Below, piece after piece: positions 1 through 10,408 of a stretch of 18,932 nt of DNA. The position numbers and the translations under genes were made by a program. Each line of letters opens with the position of its first letter. The first letter of the stretch is position 1. The DNA is taken from assembly GCA_963736855.1 (NCBI GenBank), contig CAVTQK010000005.1, forward strand, positions 1 through 18,932. Reading direction: 5' to 3'. This DNA is from an uncultured delta proteobacterium. GTDB taxonomy: Bacteria; Desulfobacterota; Desulfobacteria; Desulfobacterales; UBA2156. The notes under the pieces are model-generated. The model was not told where the DNA came from and did not search any database. It saw only the letters and a program-made list of their open reading frames with translations.

Positions 1-47
1 CAAATCTTAAAAAAATTCTCCTTTTTTATGGGAAACATGCTTTGGGA

Positions 48-77
48 TTTACGCAACGGTTAGAAAACTGATATAGT
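48..77 (+). promoter_or_regulatory. Candidate sigma-70 promoter for the DUF4388/cNMP gene
   Basis: TTTACG (48-53), 18-bp spacer, extended -10 TG-A-TATAGT (69-77) in an AT-rich region; GGAG RBS at 156-159. Confidence 0.35.
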
Positions 78-166
78 TTCTTATAAATACCATTGGAAAT
101 CATGAAGCTGATTTGTTTATGCGACTTTCTTAAAATCCATATATTTCGAACTATCGGAGATTAAAC

Positions 167-1347
167 ATGATGGATGCTCGACCTTCTTTATCCGGTGATT
201 TTAATTTTTTAAATCTCGGGGAATTGCTGCAGGTTTTAGGTTCCAACGGGAGTACCGGCATTCTCGAGTTAAGAAGCAAATACGTCCAAACTCCTGGTTT
301 CATCTATTTCCATAACGGGAATCCTATTGATGCGGTGAATGGATTGTTTTCGGGACTGGAGGCGATTCATTCCCTTTTCGGATGGTCGGAGGCCGAGTTT
401 TTTTTCTTTGAAACCCCTCTCCAGAGGGAGAAAGACCATCCATGAGGGAAGGATGCATATTATTCTCGAGGGTCTGCGTTGCTTGATGAGGGCATTATCC
501 AAAGACAAGGTCCCGTCGTCCATTCTCCAAGCGCCTCATCCCTCCCGATCGTCAAGGGACCTTTGATTGATTATTCCTATGTTTCGGGCGAGGACTATTT
601 TAGAAAAGGTCGGGAGATCGTCACCGAAAACAAGCATGGTCAATGGATCTGGGTTGTTTTGGATGGAATTATTGAAATCAGCAAGTTTACATCCAAGGGA
701 CCAGTGAAAATTATCCGCATCACCAACGGATCTTTCCTGGGAAGACCGGCGACTTTAAGATTTACCGGATCGGTAAGAGCGCCAGCGCCACGGCTGTGAC
801 GAATGTCACTTTAGGGGTCATTAATTCGCAACAATGTCTGGATGATTTTAACGCGCGTTCGCAGTCCTATCGCCGCCTGGTCAACAGCCTGGATAAGCGG
901 CTGAGGCAAGTTACCGATTATGCGGCAAAGATCTTTATTGGAGAAAACCCGGCCGAGGTTATCCTTAATCAGCGGACCCCTTATGACTTACCGAAAGGAG
1001 ATGATAATTGGGGTGCCTTCATTAAAAAGGGAACAGCTTCCATAATACGACGTATGGAACAGGGTCTCGTTCCCCTGGCTCTGCTTGAAACCGATGACTT
1101 TTTAGGCCGTGTTCCCTTCATGGATGTGGGCCATGAACCCGGTGCCGCCTCAGTATTTGGATCCAAAGACCTGGAACTGGAGGTAATAGACTCGAAAGAA
1201 CTCCGAAAGGACCACAACCGGGCTTCGCCCACACTCAGAAATATTACTGAACATATCATCACCTGCGTTTCGGTAACCTCTTCATTGGCATGCCAATTCC
1301 ATAAGCAACACTCCGAGGAATCTCAATCACTCCCAAAATCGGTGTGA
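167..1347 (+). CDS. DUF4388 (PATAN-like) domain plus cyclic-nucleotide-binding domain protein, split by 3 apparent frameshifts
   Basis: The N-terminus LSGDFNFLNLGELLQVLGSNGSTGILEL...IYFHNGNPIDA...LFGWSEAEF is DUF4388-like. Correcting indels at about 431, 480 and 778 joins ORFs 167-445, 479-799 and 796-1347 and restores a cNMP fold (IVTENKHGQWIWVVLDGIIEI...GSFLG...VRSASATA) plus a second degenerate repeat (FIKKGTASI...DDFLG). Confidence 0.75.
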
Positions 1348-1402
1348 CCGGCATCCGAGATTACCCTTTGGAAAAACCGGCGAAAACCCTGGAGAACCAG
1401 CC

Positions 1403-2328
1403 TTGAAATACAGACCGGATGTCCTCGTTGTGGGGCGCTGTTGTGTGGATTATATCGCGGTCGTCGATACTTTCCCTAAAGAGGACACCAAGGCGCCGCT
1501 CGCATTCAGATCATCGAAGGAGGGGGACAGGGAGGAACCGCTTCATCCTGTATTGCAAGACTCGGAGGAAAGACTCTGTATGTCGGCAGGTTGGGAAATG
1601 ACGCAGAGGGTCGATTCTGCATGCAGCGATTGAAAGATTTCGGAGTAGACACATCCCTGGTCAATGTCGTGGAGGGCGGCACAACACCGGTGGCTTATAT
1701 CTTCGTAACGCAATCCAGCGGCAAGAGAACCATTATCTATGAGCGAAATGCGCTGCCTCGGCTTAAAATCATGGATATAAAGCCCGCCCTATCCCATAGG
1801 CCGAGGGTACTCCTGTTGGACCCGGAAACGACCTATCTGGCAAAAAGCCTAAAACCCAAAACGGCCGGTAACACCCGAATCGTTTATGACTGTGAAAGGT
1901 GGCGAGAGGGTATGGAGGCCATGATGGCTGAAGCCGATTTTTTCATACCGTCTTCTTCATTCCTGGATTCGGAACAACTCGGCTTCGAAGCGCTTGGATT
2001 TGCGGAAAAAATGTTTTATTTTAAAGCCCGCATCAAAGGCGAATTGATCGTGACGCGAGGTTCCAAGGGCGCCTTCTATATTTCAGATGATGCTCTGTTC
2101 CATGTCCCGGCACCGAAAGTGCCCGTCAAAGACACGACAGGAGCCGGAGACAATTTTCATGCTGCATTTGCCCTTGCCCTCGCCCGGGGTCTGAACATTC
2201 ATGAAACGGTACGTTTCTCTGTTGCCGTTGCCTCCCTTTCATGCCGGGAGTACGGCGGTCGAAACGGCATCCCTGAAAACCAGGAAGCGACCCGTCTGGC
2301 CGAGACGCTTAAAACAAGAAGACTTTAA
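1403..2328 (+). CDS. PfkB/ribokinase-family carbohydrate kinase (1 apparent frameshift at about 1510)
   Basis: TTG start with GGAG RBS. VLVVGRCCVDYI, then after the shift GGGQGGTASSCIARLGG...VGRLGND (PfkB signature 1), and DTTGAGDNFHAAF (signature 2). Confidence 0.88.
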
Positions 2329-2345
2329 ATCTTTCCTCCCCCGCA

Positions 2346-2684
2346 TTATTGCTGCCATCCGCCGAGCAGGTGCAAATGAAGATGAAAAATCACCTGCCCG
2401 CCCCCTCGCTCGACATTAAAAAACAGTTTATATCCGGACATGTGTATCTCAAGGCGTCTGGCCATCTCCCTGGCTGTTAAAACTAAATCGGCAAGGAGCT
2501 CCCGATCCGCATCCTCCATATCATTGATGCTTCGAATATGCTTTTTGGGCACGATCAGCAGGTGAACCGGGGCATGGGGGCGGATATCCCTGAACACCAC
2601 CAATCGATCGGTTTCATGCAAAAACTCCGTATCCGTCTTCCCGGAAGAAATCTTGCAAAACAAACAGTCGGTTTCCATGTTCAT
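2346..2684 (-). CDS. Histidine triad (HIT/HinT-like) nucleotide-binding protein
   Basis: DCLFCKI N-terminus, FRDIRPHAPVHLLIVPKKHI, and GGQVIFHLHLHLLGG histidine triad. Confidence 0.93.
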   Translation of the reverse strand: MNMETDCLFCKISSGKTDTEFLHETDRLVVFRDIRPHAPVHLLIVPKKHIRSINDMEDADRELLADLVLTAREMARRLEIHMSGYKLFFNVERGGGQVIFHLHLHLLGGWQQ

Positions 2685-2731
2685 TTTCCTTAGACCTAAA
2701 TTGATCGTTTTAAATAATCGCTCAATTTAGG

Positions 2732-3463
2732 TTAGAGTATTTTCGAATCGTTCTTCGAATGCAGCGCCTTTTCTTTATCAATTTTCCATTTTCCCGGCCG
2801 GGTGGGAGTTTTCAGGGACTTTTCCAGAATCTCTAAAAATAGACCGCGCGGTATATGCTGGGCTCCCATGCGTATCAGGTAAGTCGTAGTGGTTTGGCAA
2901 TCGATCATGGAAAAGGACCATTTTAAAAGCTGACCGACAAGATAGACCAGCGCCACCTTCGATGCGTTGGGTATACGACTGAACATGGATTCACCGAAAA
3001 AGCTACTTCCCAACGCCACACCATAAAGACCGCCGCAAATTTTGTCCTCATTCCAAATTTCCACCGAATGGGCAAATCCATATTCATGAAGGCGACAATA
3101 AGCTTCGATCATGTTTTGATCGATCCAAGTCTCTCCCCCTCTTTCCAGACGGACCCGGCCGCATTCGGTGATCACCTCCCGGAAAGCCGTATCCATGGTT
3201 ACCGTAAAAGGTCCGTTCTTAAGCACCCGCTTGAGGCGTCTTGAAATATGGAGCTTTTTCGGGAAAAGCACCAGACGGGGATCCGGAGACCACCACAGGA
3301 TAGGTTCACCTCCTCCGTACCATGGAAAGATCCCGTTTCGATAGGCGGCAATCAGGCGTTCAATGCTAAGATCGCCGCCTACCGCCAGAAGACCGTTGCT
3401 CTGGGCAAGGTACGACGGAGGAAAAACCGGTTTATCTGAAAGGAGAAAAACAGCCATTGGCAT
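2732..3463 (-). CDS. aat: Leucyl/phenylalanyl-tRNA--protein transferase
   Basis: GLLAVGGDLSIERLIAAYRNGIFPWY, WWSPDPR, AHSVEIW, FFGESMFSR and NASKVAL motifs; lies downstream of clpS-clpA. Start could be 3457. Confidence 0.96.
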   Translation of the reverse strand: MPMAVFLLSDKPVFPPSYLAQSNGLLAVGGDLSIERLIAAYRNGIFPWYGGGEPILWWSPDPRLVLFPKKLHISRRLKRVLKNGPFTVTMDTAFREVITECGRVRLERGGETWIDQNMIEAYCRLHEYGFAHSVEIWNEDKICGGLYGVALGSSFFGESMFSRIPNASKVALVYLVGQLLKWSFSMIDCQTTTTYLIRMGAQHIPRGLFLEILEKSLKTPTRPGKWKIDKEKALHSKNDSKIL

Positions 3464-3570
3464 TTCGGTGTGACCGGCCGCCTGGACTCAGCATAAACCA
3501 GTTGCCGGCGATTATGGAAACGGGCACGGATCGAAGCGTTCGGTTGCCCGGAAGTTGAAAAACAGGGCCT

Positions 3571-5808
3571 TTATGTAAATTCAAATTGCAGCGTATCCGT
3601 TTTCAGATAAATGGCAACCTTCCCTCCTTTTTCCAACTTTCCGAACAAGATCTGTTCAGACAAAACATCTTTGATTTCCGTCTGGATCACCCGGGCCAAA
3701 GGCCTGGCCCCATAAGTGGGGTCATACCCTTTTTGAGCCAGGTACCGCCGAACATCCGGAGACATGGAGACAGTGACTTTCTTGGGAATCAGCTGATCGT
3801 TCAGCTCATCCATAAATTTGTCCACGATCTTTTCCACAATATCCAGGGAAAGCGCACTGAAGTGAACGATGGCATCCAAACGGTTTCGAAATTCCGGGCT
3901 GAAAAAGCTTTCCACGGCCTTTTTCCCCTTGGCTTTCAAGTCGCCCTTGGGATCGCCGAATCCGATAGTCATGGAACTCATCTCTCGCGCCCCTGCATTG
4001 GACGTCATGATGACGATGACGTTTCTGAAATCCGCCTTTTTCCCGTTGTTGTCCGTCAGTGTGGCATGATCCAGTACTTGGAGCAGGATGTTGAAAAGGT
4101 CCATGTGGGCTTTTTCGATTTCGTCCATCAGAAGCACGCTGTGGGGATGTTTACGGATGCCATCCGTCAGGAGTCCTGCCTGATCGAAACCGATGTATCC
4201 CGGCGGGGCACCGATGAGCCGGGCGACGGTATGCTTTTCCATGTATTCGCTCATGTCGAACCGAATAAATTGAATGCCCAGGTTCATGGCGATCTGCCGG
4301 GCCACCTCGGTCTTGCCGACACCGGTGGGCCCGGTGAAAAGGAATGACCCGATGGGTTTTTCCGGTGTCCTCAAGCCGGCCCGAGCCCGCTTGATGGCGG
4401 TCACAATGGCATGAATGGCCGGATCCTGTCCGAAGATCTTGTCTTTCAGTCGCCCCTCCAATTCCTCCAGGCGGGCCTTGTCGTTGGAGGACACACTCAC
4501 TGTGGGGATCTTGGCCATTTTGGCCACGATCTTTTCGATGTCGGAAGGATGGATATTTTTCCTGGACGCGCCCCCACCGGATAGGCGGACTGCGGCTCCC
4601 GCCTCATCGATGACATCGATGGCCTTGTCCGGAAGGAAACGGTCATTGATATATTTGGCGCTCAGTTCCACCGCTGCCTTCAGGGCGGCATCCGTATAGA
4701 CGATTCCGTGATGGGCCTCATATCTGGATTTAAGCCCTTTTAAAATCTGAATGGTTTCGGAAACAGGGGGTTCCGGAACTTCGATCTTTTCGAACCGGCG
4801 GGACATGGCCCGGTCTTTTTCAAAGTGGTTCTTATATTCCTCGTAGGTGGTGGATCCGATGCATCTCAGTTCGCCGGTAGCAAAGACCGGCTTGAGGATG
4901 TTGGACGCATCCATGGAGCCGCTGGATGTGGCACCGGCCCCGACGATGGTATGGATTTCATCGATGAACAAAATGGCGTTCTTCTTGTTTTTCAGCTCGG
5001 CGATTACTCCTTTAAGGCGTTGTTCGAAATCACCACGGAATTTGGTCCCTGCCAGCAATGCCCCCATATCCAACGAATAGATCTGGACATTTTTCAACAG
5101 GTCCGGGATGTCTCCCTTGTGGATCTTCTGCGCCAGTCCCTCTGCGAGGGCCGTCTTCCCCACACCGGGATCTCCCACGAAAATCGGGTTATTCTTACGT
5201 CTGCGGCAGAGAACCTGCACGGTCCGCTCCAGTTCCCGTTCCCTTCCGATGAGAGGATCGAGCTTTTCCTTTGCCGCCATCTCCATCAGGTCGACCGTAA
5301 ATAACGCCAGGGGATCGTCCTTTTTCTTTTCCGCCTTCTGGGTTTTGACAAACCCTCCGATCACGTCCGCAAACGGATCTTTGGGCACGCCGTGGGTAAT
5401 AGAGTTGAGAACGTCCAGCCGGGTGATCCCCTCCTGTCCTAAGAAATAAGCCGCATAGGAATCGGTTTCCAGAAAAATGGAGGCTAAAATGTCACCGATT
5501 TCCACTTCCTGTTTCTCGGCATTTCGCACGTGATTGACTGCGCGCTGGATGACTCTCTGGAATCCCAGCGTCTGCTGGAGCACGTAATCGCTTTCCTCCG
5601 GAACTGTCGCCATCTTTTCATCGAAGAATCGCTTCAGGCGTTGCTTAAGATTGCCGATGTCTCCACCGCAGTTCTGAATGATTTCTTTCCCATTTTCATC
5701 ATGAAGAATGGCAAACAGGATATGTTCGATGGAGACATACTCGTGGCGTCTTCTCTTGGCTTCACTGACGGCAAAACCGAGCGTCGCGCTCAATTCTTTG
5801 CTGATCAT
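3571..5808 (-). CDS. clpA: ATP-dependent Clp protease ATP-binding subunit ClpA
   Basis: 745 aa with Clp N domain and two AAA+ modules (GDPGVGKT, GPTGVGKT), RFDMSEYMEKH motif, no ClpB/ClpC middle coiled coil, directly after clpS. Confidence 0.96.
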   Translation of the reverse strand: MISKELSATLGFAVSEAKRRRHEYVSIEHILFAILHDENGKEIIQNCGGDIGNLKQRLKRFFDEKMATVPEESDYVLQQTLGFQRVIQRAVNHVRNAEKQEVEIGDILASIFLETDSYAAYFLGQEGITRLDVLNSITHGVPKDPFADVIGGFVKTQKAEKKKDDPLALFTVDLMEMAAKEKLDPLIGRERELERTVQVLCRRRKNNPIFVGDPGVGKTALAEGLAQKIHKGDIPDLLKNVQIYSLDMGALLAGTKFRGDFEQRLKGVIAELKNKKNAILFIDEIHTIVGAGATSSGSMDASNILKPVFATGELRCIGSTTYEEYKNHFEKDRAMSRRFEKIEVPEPPVSETIQILKGLKSRYEAHHGIVYTDAALKAAVELSAKYINDRFLPDKAIDVIDEAGAAVRLSGGGASRKNIHPSDIEKIVAKMAKIPTVSVSSNDKARLEELEGRLKDKIFGQDPAIHAIVTAIKRARAGLRTPEKPIGSFLFTGPTGVGKTEVARQIAMNLGIQFIRFDMSEYMEKHTVARLIGAPPGYIGFDQAGLLTDGIRKHPHSVLLMDEIEKAHMDLFNILLQVLDHATLTDNNGKKADFRNVIVIMTSNAGAREMSSMTIGFGDPKGDLKAKGKKAVESFFSPEFRNRLDAIVHFSALSLDIVEKIVDKFMDELNDQLIPKKVTVSMSPDVRRYLAQKGYDPTYGARPLARVIQTEIKDVLSEQILFGKLEKGGKVAIYLKTDTLQFEFT

Positions 5809-5812
5809 CGGT

Positions 5813-6127
5813 TTACTCTCTTTCCATGGTGCATTTTAGCGGAAAACCGTTTTCATGCGCCAGTGCATGAACCTTTTGGACTTTTGTTTCCGCAACCTCA
5901 AAGGTGAACACTCCGCATATCCCGATACCGATTTTGTGTACATTCAGCATGATCCGTGTGGCATCTCCCATCGACTTGTTGAAAACACTCATTAGAATAA
6001 AAACGACGAAATCCATGGTGGTATAATCATCATTGTGGAGGAGTACCCGATACATAGCCGGCTCCCGTGTCTCAACATCGGACTCCGAAAGGGCGGTTTC
6101 TTCTTCACCGGGTTCGTATCCACCCAT
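5813..6127 (-). CDS. clpS: ATP-dependent Clp protease adaptor ClpS
   Basis: [20 protein letters not shown]...MLNVHKIG...EVAETKV...[15 protein letters not shown] on the - strand. Confidence 0.97.
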   Translation of the reverse strand: MGGYEPGEEETALSESDVETREPAMYRVLLHNDDYTTMDFVVFILMSVFNKSMGDATRIMLNVHKIGIGICGVFTFEVAETKVQKVHALAHENGFPLKCTMERE

Positions 6128-6189
6128 TCATCTTTTCTCCTAAAATGACGATTCATCGGCTCATTTCATTAAAAGGGGCTTATATTAGA

Positions 6190-6218
6190 AATATAAAGTT
6201 GCAGACTGTAAAAATCAA
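6190..6218 (-). promoter_or_regulatory. Candidate sigma-70 promoter of clpS-clpA-aat
   Basis: On the - strand, TTGATT (6218-6213), 17-bp spacer, TATATT (6195-6190), about 60 bp upstream of the clpS ATG. Confidence 0.45.
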
Positions 6219-6245
6219 GCCCTACGACGCCTTGAAATTAATCTT

Positions 6246-6398
6246 GATGGCTTCGTAAAAAGTCCAATTTCTGCGTTGCGCTTCATCCCGTTGCGATTTC
6301 GACGTACGATAAGTACGCCTCATCACACGGGATTCGCGACGCCTTGAACTTGAACTTTTTACTTTGCCATCTAATTTTCGACTTTTTATGAGTTCATC
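6246..6398. mobile_element. 153-bp MITE-like hairpin element, copy 1
   Basis: Ends GATGGCTTCGTAAAAAGTC ... GACTTTTTATGAGTTCATC are imperfect terminal inverted repeats. Flanked by AATCTT/AATCTC (5/6 duplication). Homologous to 8976-9128; non-coding. Confidence 0.85.
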
Positions 6399-6422
6399 AA
6401 TCTCCAAACCTAGCGATATTTT

Positions 6423-8945
6423 TTAGCGACCACAACATTTCTTGTATTTTTTACCGCTGCCGCACGGGCATGGATCGTTTCTTCCTACCTTTTTCTGATC
6501 CCGTCGCACCGGTTCTTTTCGGTCTCCTTCGTCACCGCCGGAATAAATAAGCATCTGTTCCTTGGGCTTTTGCAGCTCCGAAAGACTTTCCGGTTGTGCG
6601 ATCTCAATACGAAACAGGATTCCAAGCGTCTCTTCCTTGACCCGGGAAATCATGTCGGAAAACATCCCGAAACCCTCTTTCTTATAAACCAATAGAGGAT
6701 CCTGCTGGGCATATCCCCGAAGGCCGATCCCCTCTTTGAGATGGTCCATGCTGAGCAGATGGTCTTTCCATAGATGGTCCACGGTCTGGAGCATAACGAT
6801 GCGTTCCAATTCCCGACACTGTTCGACGCCTATGGCCTTTTCCCGCGTCTCATAGACTTCGAGCGCGCGCTTAGTTATGGTTTCAGCCAGCCCATCGGGA
6901 TCTTCGCCCTCCAATGTCTCATCGCCTACATCGAGTTGAAAATTGAACTGCTTGAATACCGCTTCCCGAAGGCCTTTGATGTTCCATTCCTCGGACGGCA
7001 CCTTTTCATCGGCATATGTTGTGGCGATTTCCGCGGCTTTTTCTCCGATCATCTCTATAATGTTGCCTTTCAGGCTTTCACCGCTGAGGGTCTCCCGCCG
7101 CTGACGATAGATGACCTCCCTCTGCTGGTTCATCACGTTGTCATATTCCAGAAGTTGCTTACGAATCTCGAAGTTATGAGCCTCCACCTTCTTCTGAGCG
7201 TTTTCGATGGCTTTGGAAATGTAAGGATGTTCGATGGGTTCACCCTCCTGCATGCCCCCCCATTCCCAGAACTTGCCCATCCGTTCACCCCCGAAGATCC
7301 GGAGCAAATCATCCTCCAGGGCCAGATAAAACCGCGATGTACCCGGATCCCCTTGCCTGCCGGAACGACCTCGAAGCTGGTTGTCGATTCGCCGGCTTTC
7401 ATGTCGCTCCGTCCCGAGGATATGGAGCCCTCCCAGTTCGACAACACCCTCTCCCAAGACGATGTCTGTCCCGCGGCCCGCCATGTTGGTGGAAATGGTG
7501 ACAGCCCCTTTCTGCCCGGCCATGGCCACGATTTCAGCTTCCTTCTTGTGGTTCTTGGCGTTTAGGACCGAGTGCTTGACCCCCCGCTTGCTCAGCTTTT
7601 CACTCAAGGCTTCGGAGACGTCGATGGAGATCGTCCCTACCAGGACCGGTTGTCCCCGACGGTAGCAATCCTCGATCTCATTTAAGGCCGCTTCATATTT
7701 TTCTTTCTTGGTCTTGTAGATCACATCAGGATGATCCGTCCGGATCATCGGCTTATGTGTCGGGATTACGCAGACATCCAGATTATAAATCTTTTTGAAT
7801 TCAGCCGCTTCCGTGTCTGCAGTGCCTGTCATCCCGGCCAGCTTTTTATACATCCTGAAATAATTTTGAAAAGTAATGGTGGCAAGCGTCTGGTTTTCGT
7901 TCTCGATCTTGACGTTTTCTTTGGCCTCCAGGGCCTGGTGCAGCCCCTCGCTGTAGCGCCGGCCGGGCATGAGACGACCTGTAAATTCGTCAACGATGAC
8001 CACCTCTCCGTCTTTGACGATATAATCCACATCCCGCTTGAAGAGCTGATGAGCCTTCAGCGCCTGATTAACGTGGTGCAGCAGTTCGATATATTTGGGG
8101 TCATAGAGGTTTTCCACCTTGAGAATGGCTTCGGCGTGGGCCACGCCTTCTTCAGTGAGAACCACGGTTCTGGCCTTTTCATCGATGGTAAAATCCTGAT
8201 CCTTCTTCAATCGCCCGATGATGCCGTTCACCTGATAGTAAAGCTGGGTCGACTTCTCCGCCAGCCCGGATATGATCAAGGGGGTCCTGGCCTCGTCGAT
8301 GAGGATACTGTCCACCTCGTCCACGATGGCATAATTCAGTTCCCTCTGGACCAGGGAGAAGCGGTCGAATTTCATGTTGTCGCGTAAATAGTCGAATCCG
8401 AATTCGTTGTTGGTGCCATAGGTAATATCACAGCGATAAGCTTCGTGGCGCTCCCGATCGTCGATCCCGTGCACAATGGTTCCAACGGTCAACCCGAGAA
8501 AGCGATAGATATTTCCCATCCATTCCGTGTCGCGCCGTGCCAGGTAATCATTCACCGTGACGATATGAACCCCTTTACGGCTCAGGGCGTTGAGATAGGC
8601 GGGAAGGGTTGCAGCCAGTGTTTTTCCTTCACCGGTTTTCATTTCCGCAATTATTCCCTGATGCAAGACGATTCCGCCGACCGACTGGGCATCGAAATGA
8701 CGCATCTTGAGGGTGCGGACCGAAGCCTCCCTAACGGTGGCAAAAGCTTCGGGAAGGATCGCATCCAGAGGCTCCCCTTTTTCGACGCGTTCCCGATAAA
8801 GGTATGTCTGGGCTTTGAGCTGGGCATCGGACATGCCCTGCATCCGCGGCTCCAGGTTGGTAATCTGGTCAACCAAGGGCACAAGCTTCTTGAGTTCTCG
8901 ATCGTTCTTACTGCCGAATACTTTCGTTAAGACATTAAACAACAT
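6423..8945 (-). CDS. secA: Preprotein translocase ATPase subunit SecA
   Basis: [58 protein letters not shown] and a C-terminal SEC-C motif [19 protein letters not shown]. Confidence 0.99.
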   Translation of the reverse strand: MLFNVLTKVFGSKNDRELKKLVPLVDQITNLEPRMQGMSDAQLKAQTYLYRERVEKGEPLDAILPEAFATVREASVRTLKMRHFDAQSVGGIVLHQGIIAEMKTGEGKTLAATLPAYLNALSRKGVHIVTVNDYLARRDTEWMGNIYRFLGLTVGTIVHGIDDRERHEAYRCDITYGTNNEFGFDYLRDNMKFDRFSLVQRELNYAIVDEVDSILIDEARTPLIISGLAEKSTQLYYQVNGIIGRLKKDQDFTIDEKARTVVLTEEGVAHAEAILKVENLYDPKYIELLHHVNQALKAHQLFKRDVDYIVKDGEVVIVDEFTGRLMPGRRYSEGLHQALEAKENVKIENENQTLATITFQNYFRMYKKLAGMTGTADTEAAEFKKIYNLDVCVIPTHKPMIRTDHPDVIYKTKKEKYEAALNEIEDCYRRGQPVLVGTISIDVSEALSEKLSKRGVKHSVLNAKNHKKEAEIVAMAGQKGAVTISTNMAGRGTDIVLGEGVVELGGLHILGTERHESRRIDNQLRGRSGRQGDPGTSRFYLALEDDLLRIFGGERMGKFWEWGGMQEGEPIEHPYISKAIENAQKKVEAHNFEIRKQLLEYDNVMNQQREVIYRQRRETLSGESLKGNIIEMIGEKAAEIATTYADEKVPSEEWNIKGLREAVFKQFNFQLDVGDETLEGEDPDGLAETITKRALEVYETREKAIGVEQCRELERIVMLQTVDHLWKDHLLSMDHLKEGIGLRGYAQQDPLLVYKKEGFGMFSDMISRVKEETLGILFRIEIAQPESLSELQKPKEQMLIYSGGDEGDRKEPVRRDQKKVGRNDPCPCGSGKKYKKCCGR

Positions 8946-8975
8946 GACTCAATCATCTTTCAAAGCATCAAAATT

Positions 8976-9128
8976 GATGGCTTCGTAAAAAGTCCATCTG
9001 CTGCGTTGCACTGCATCCTTCGTCATTGCGGCGTACCCATATGTACGCCTCATTCCTCAGGATTTGCGCGCCTTGCATCTGAAGCTTTTTACTTTGCCAT
9101 CCTAATTTTGAGTTTTTACGATTTCATC
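8976..9128. mobile_element. 153-bp MITE-like hairpin element, copy 2
   Basis: Ends GATGGCTTCGTAAAAAGTC ... GAGTTTTTACGATTTCATC. Perfect 6-bp flanking duplication AAAATT (8970-8975 and 9129-9134). Same length and orientation as copy 1. Confidence 0.88.
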
Positions 9129-9158
9129 AAAATTGATATCCGGTAAACGAATTTTGTT

Positions 9159-9169
9159 ATTATAACACA
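9159..9169 (-). promoter_or_regulatory. Candidate extended -10 promoter of secA
   Basis: The - strand reads TGTGT-TATAAT, a consensus TGnTATAAT, pointing toward secA across MITE copy 2. Confidence 0.5.
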
Positions 9170-9267
9170 GACGCCCTCAGAGAAAAAGGTGCAAGGCAAT
9201 CACTGGATCAGACCCGTGATAAAGAGGCGGGGATGAAACTTATGACAAACCCGTAGATGGGTCAATG

Positions 9268-10185
9268 TTACATGAATTTTTTAGGATCTACCGGGGTACC
9301 GCCCACGATAATTTCGTAATGAAGATGCGGTCCGGTGGTTCGACCGGTATCGCCCACCCTGGCGATCACCTCTCCGCGTTTGATGCGATCTCCCGGTTTT
9401 TTGTCGGCTATACTCAAGTGCCCGTATCGGGTAATGACACCGTTGCCATGGTCAATGACCAGCACTTTCCCCAGGCCACCCTTACGTTCGACATTAATGA
9501 CAATACCGTCCGCCGGCGATTTTATCGGCGCCCCATAATGAGAGGAAATATCCACGCCGCTATGAAATTCACGCATATCATTGAACGGTGATTGCCGCCA
9601 GCCATACCCGGAAGAAATGTGCCCCGGCACCGGGCGTCCCGTGGGAGTGCATGAAAAGATCTCCCGCTGTCGTCCCAACAGGTCCAGAAGCTTTTCGAAC
9701 TTTTTCTCCTGGTCGATGGAGGTTTGCTGAAGCTGTTCCATCTCTTGTCGCATTTCAGAAAGGAAGTCCCCCGGCATGTTTTTGATTTCCGATTTGGGAT
9801 CGACGTCCTCAGGAAGCGGTCCTCCAACGCCATCTAATTTGGCAGCTGCTCCAAAATCCTCTTTGGCGATGAGTCTCAGCTTTTCCTCCAGAACGTACAT
9901 CCGGGCCAGTTTCGATTTTAACCAATTGATATCATAATCTAATTTTTTAATTTGGTCCCAAAGGTGCTCTGCAGAATTCCTTTGCCGCGAGGCACTGTTT
10001 CCATCAGAGGCCAGATCCATATGACGTTGCCGGAGCGAAAAATAGTCCATCATCAAAAACATCCATCCTGCAATGAGGACGATGATACAACCCGACAAAA
10101 ATTTTAAGAATTTTTTAGAGAGGGTCACTTTCTTGACGGGTCCAGTCGAATTGCTGGTTACAAAAAACGTGATCTTCTCCTTCAT
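9268..10185 (-). CDS. M23-family metallopeptidase with N-terminal TM segment and coiled coil
   Basis: Hydrophobic segment (FLSGCIIVLIAGWMFLMM), coiled-coil region, and zinc motifs HSGVD (HxxxD) and TGPHLHYE (HxH). Confidence 0.93.
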   Translation of the reverse strand: MKEKITFFVTSNSTGPVKKVTLSKKFLKFLSGCIIVLIAGWMFLMMDYFSLRQRHMDLASDGNSASRQRNSAEHLWDQIKKLDYDINWLKSKLARMYVLEEKLRLIAKEDFGAAAKLDGVGGPLPEDVDPKSEIKNMPGDFLSEMRQEMEQLQQTSIDQEKKFEKLLDLLGRQREIFSCTPTGRPVPGHISSGYGWRQSPFNDMREFHSGVDISSHYGAPIKSPADGIVINVERKGGLGKVLVIDHGNGVITRYGHLSIADKKPGDRIKRGEVIARVGDTGRTTGPHLHYEIIVGGTPVDPKKFM

Positions 10186-10350
10186 GATTGTTAATTCCTT
10201 GAGATGTTCGTTTCCTGGTTAAAGTAATTCCGGCGCCGGGTATCTCTGCACTTCCATCATAGAGCCGAGGTCAGGCGGATTGGTGTTTGGATGCCCCTTA
10301 TGGGATCCGTTTCAGCCGATCGTTTTTTAAAAGGTGCTGTGTTTAAAGTC

Positions 10351-10396
10351 GAATCCTTTCGGCGAAACTCATAATGTGTATCCGCCGAAAGGATTC
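10351..10396 (-). terminator. 14-bp perfect stem just after the folD stop; probable terminator or RNA-stabilising hairpin
   Basis: GAATCCTTTCGGCG (10351-10364) pairs with CGCCGAAAGGATTC (10383-10396). The loop is 18 nt and the U tract is short, so it is atypical. Confidence 0.55.
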
Positions 10397-10408
10397 TAAT
10401 TGAAAAAA

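Noticed and set aside
1339..3478. 14-bp direct match TCGGTGTGACCGGC at 1339-1352 and 3465-3478
   Set aside because: Roughly one 14-mer match is expected by chance in about 19 kb, and the flanks are unrelated.
6222..6407. 61-aa ORF on the - strand
   Set aside because: It lies almost entirely within MITE copy 1 and has no credible protein features.
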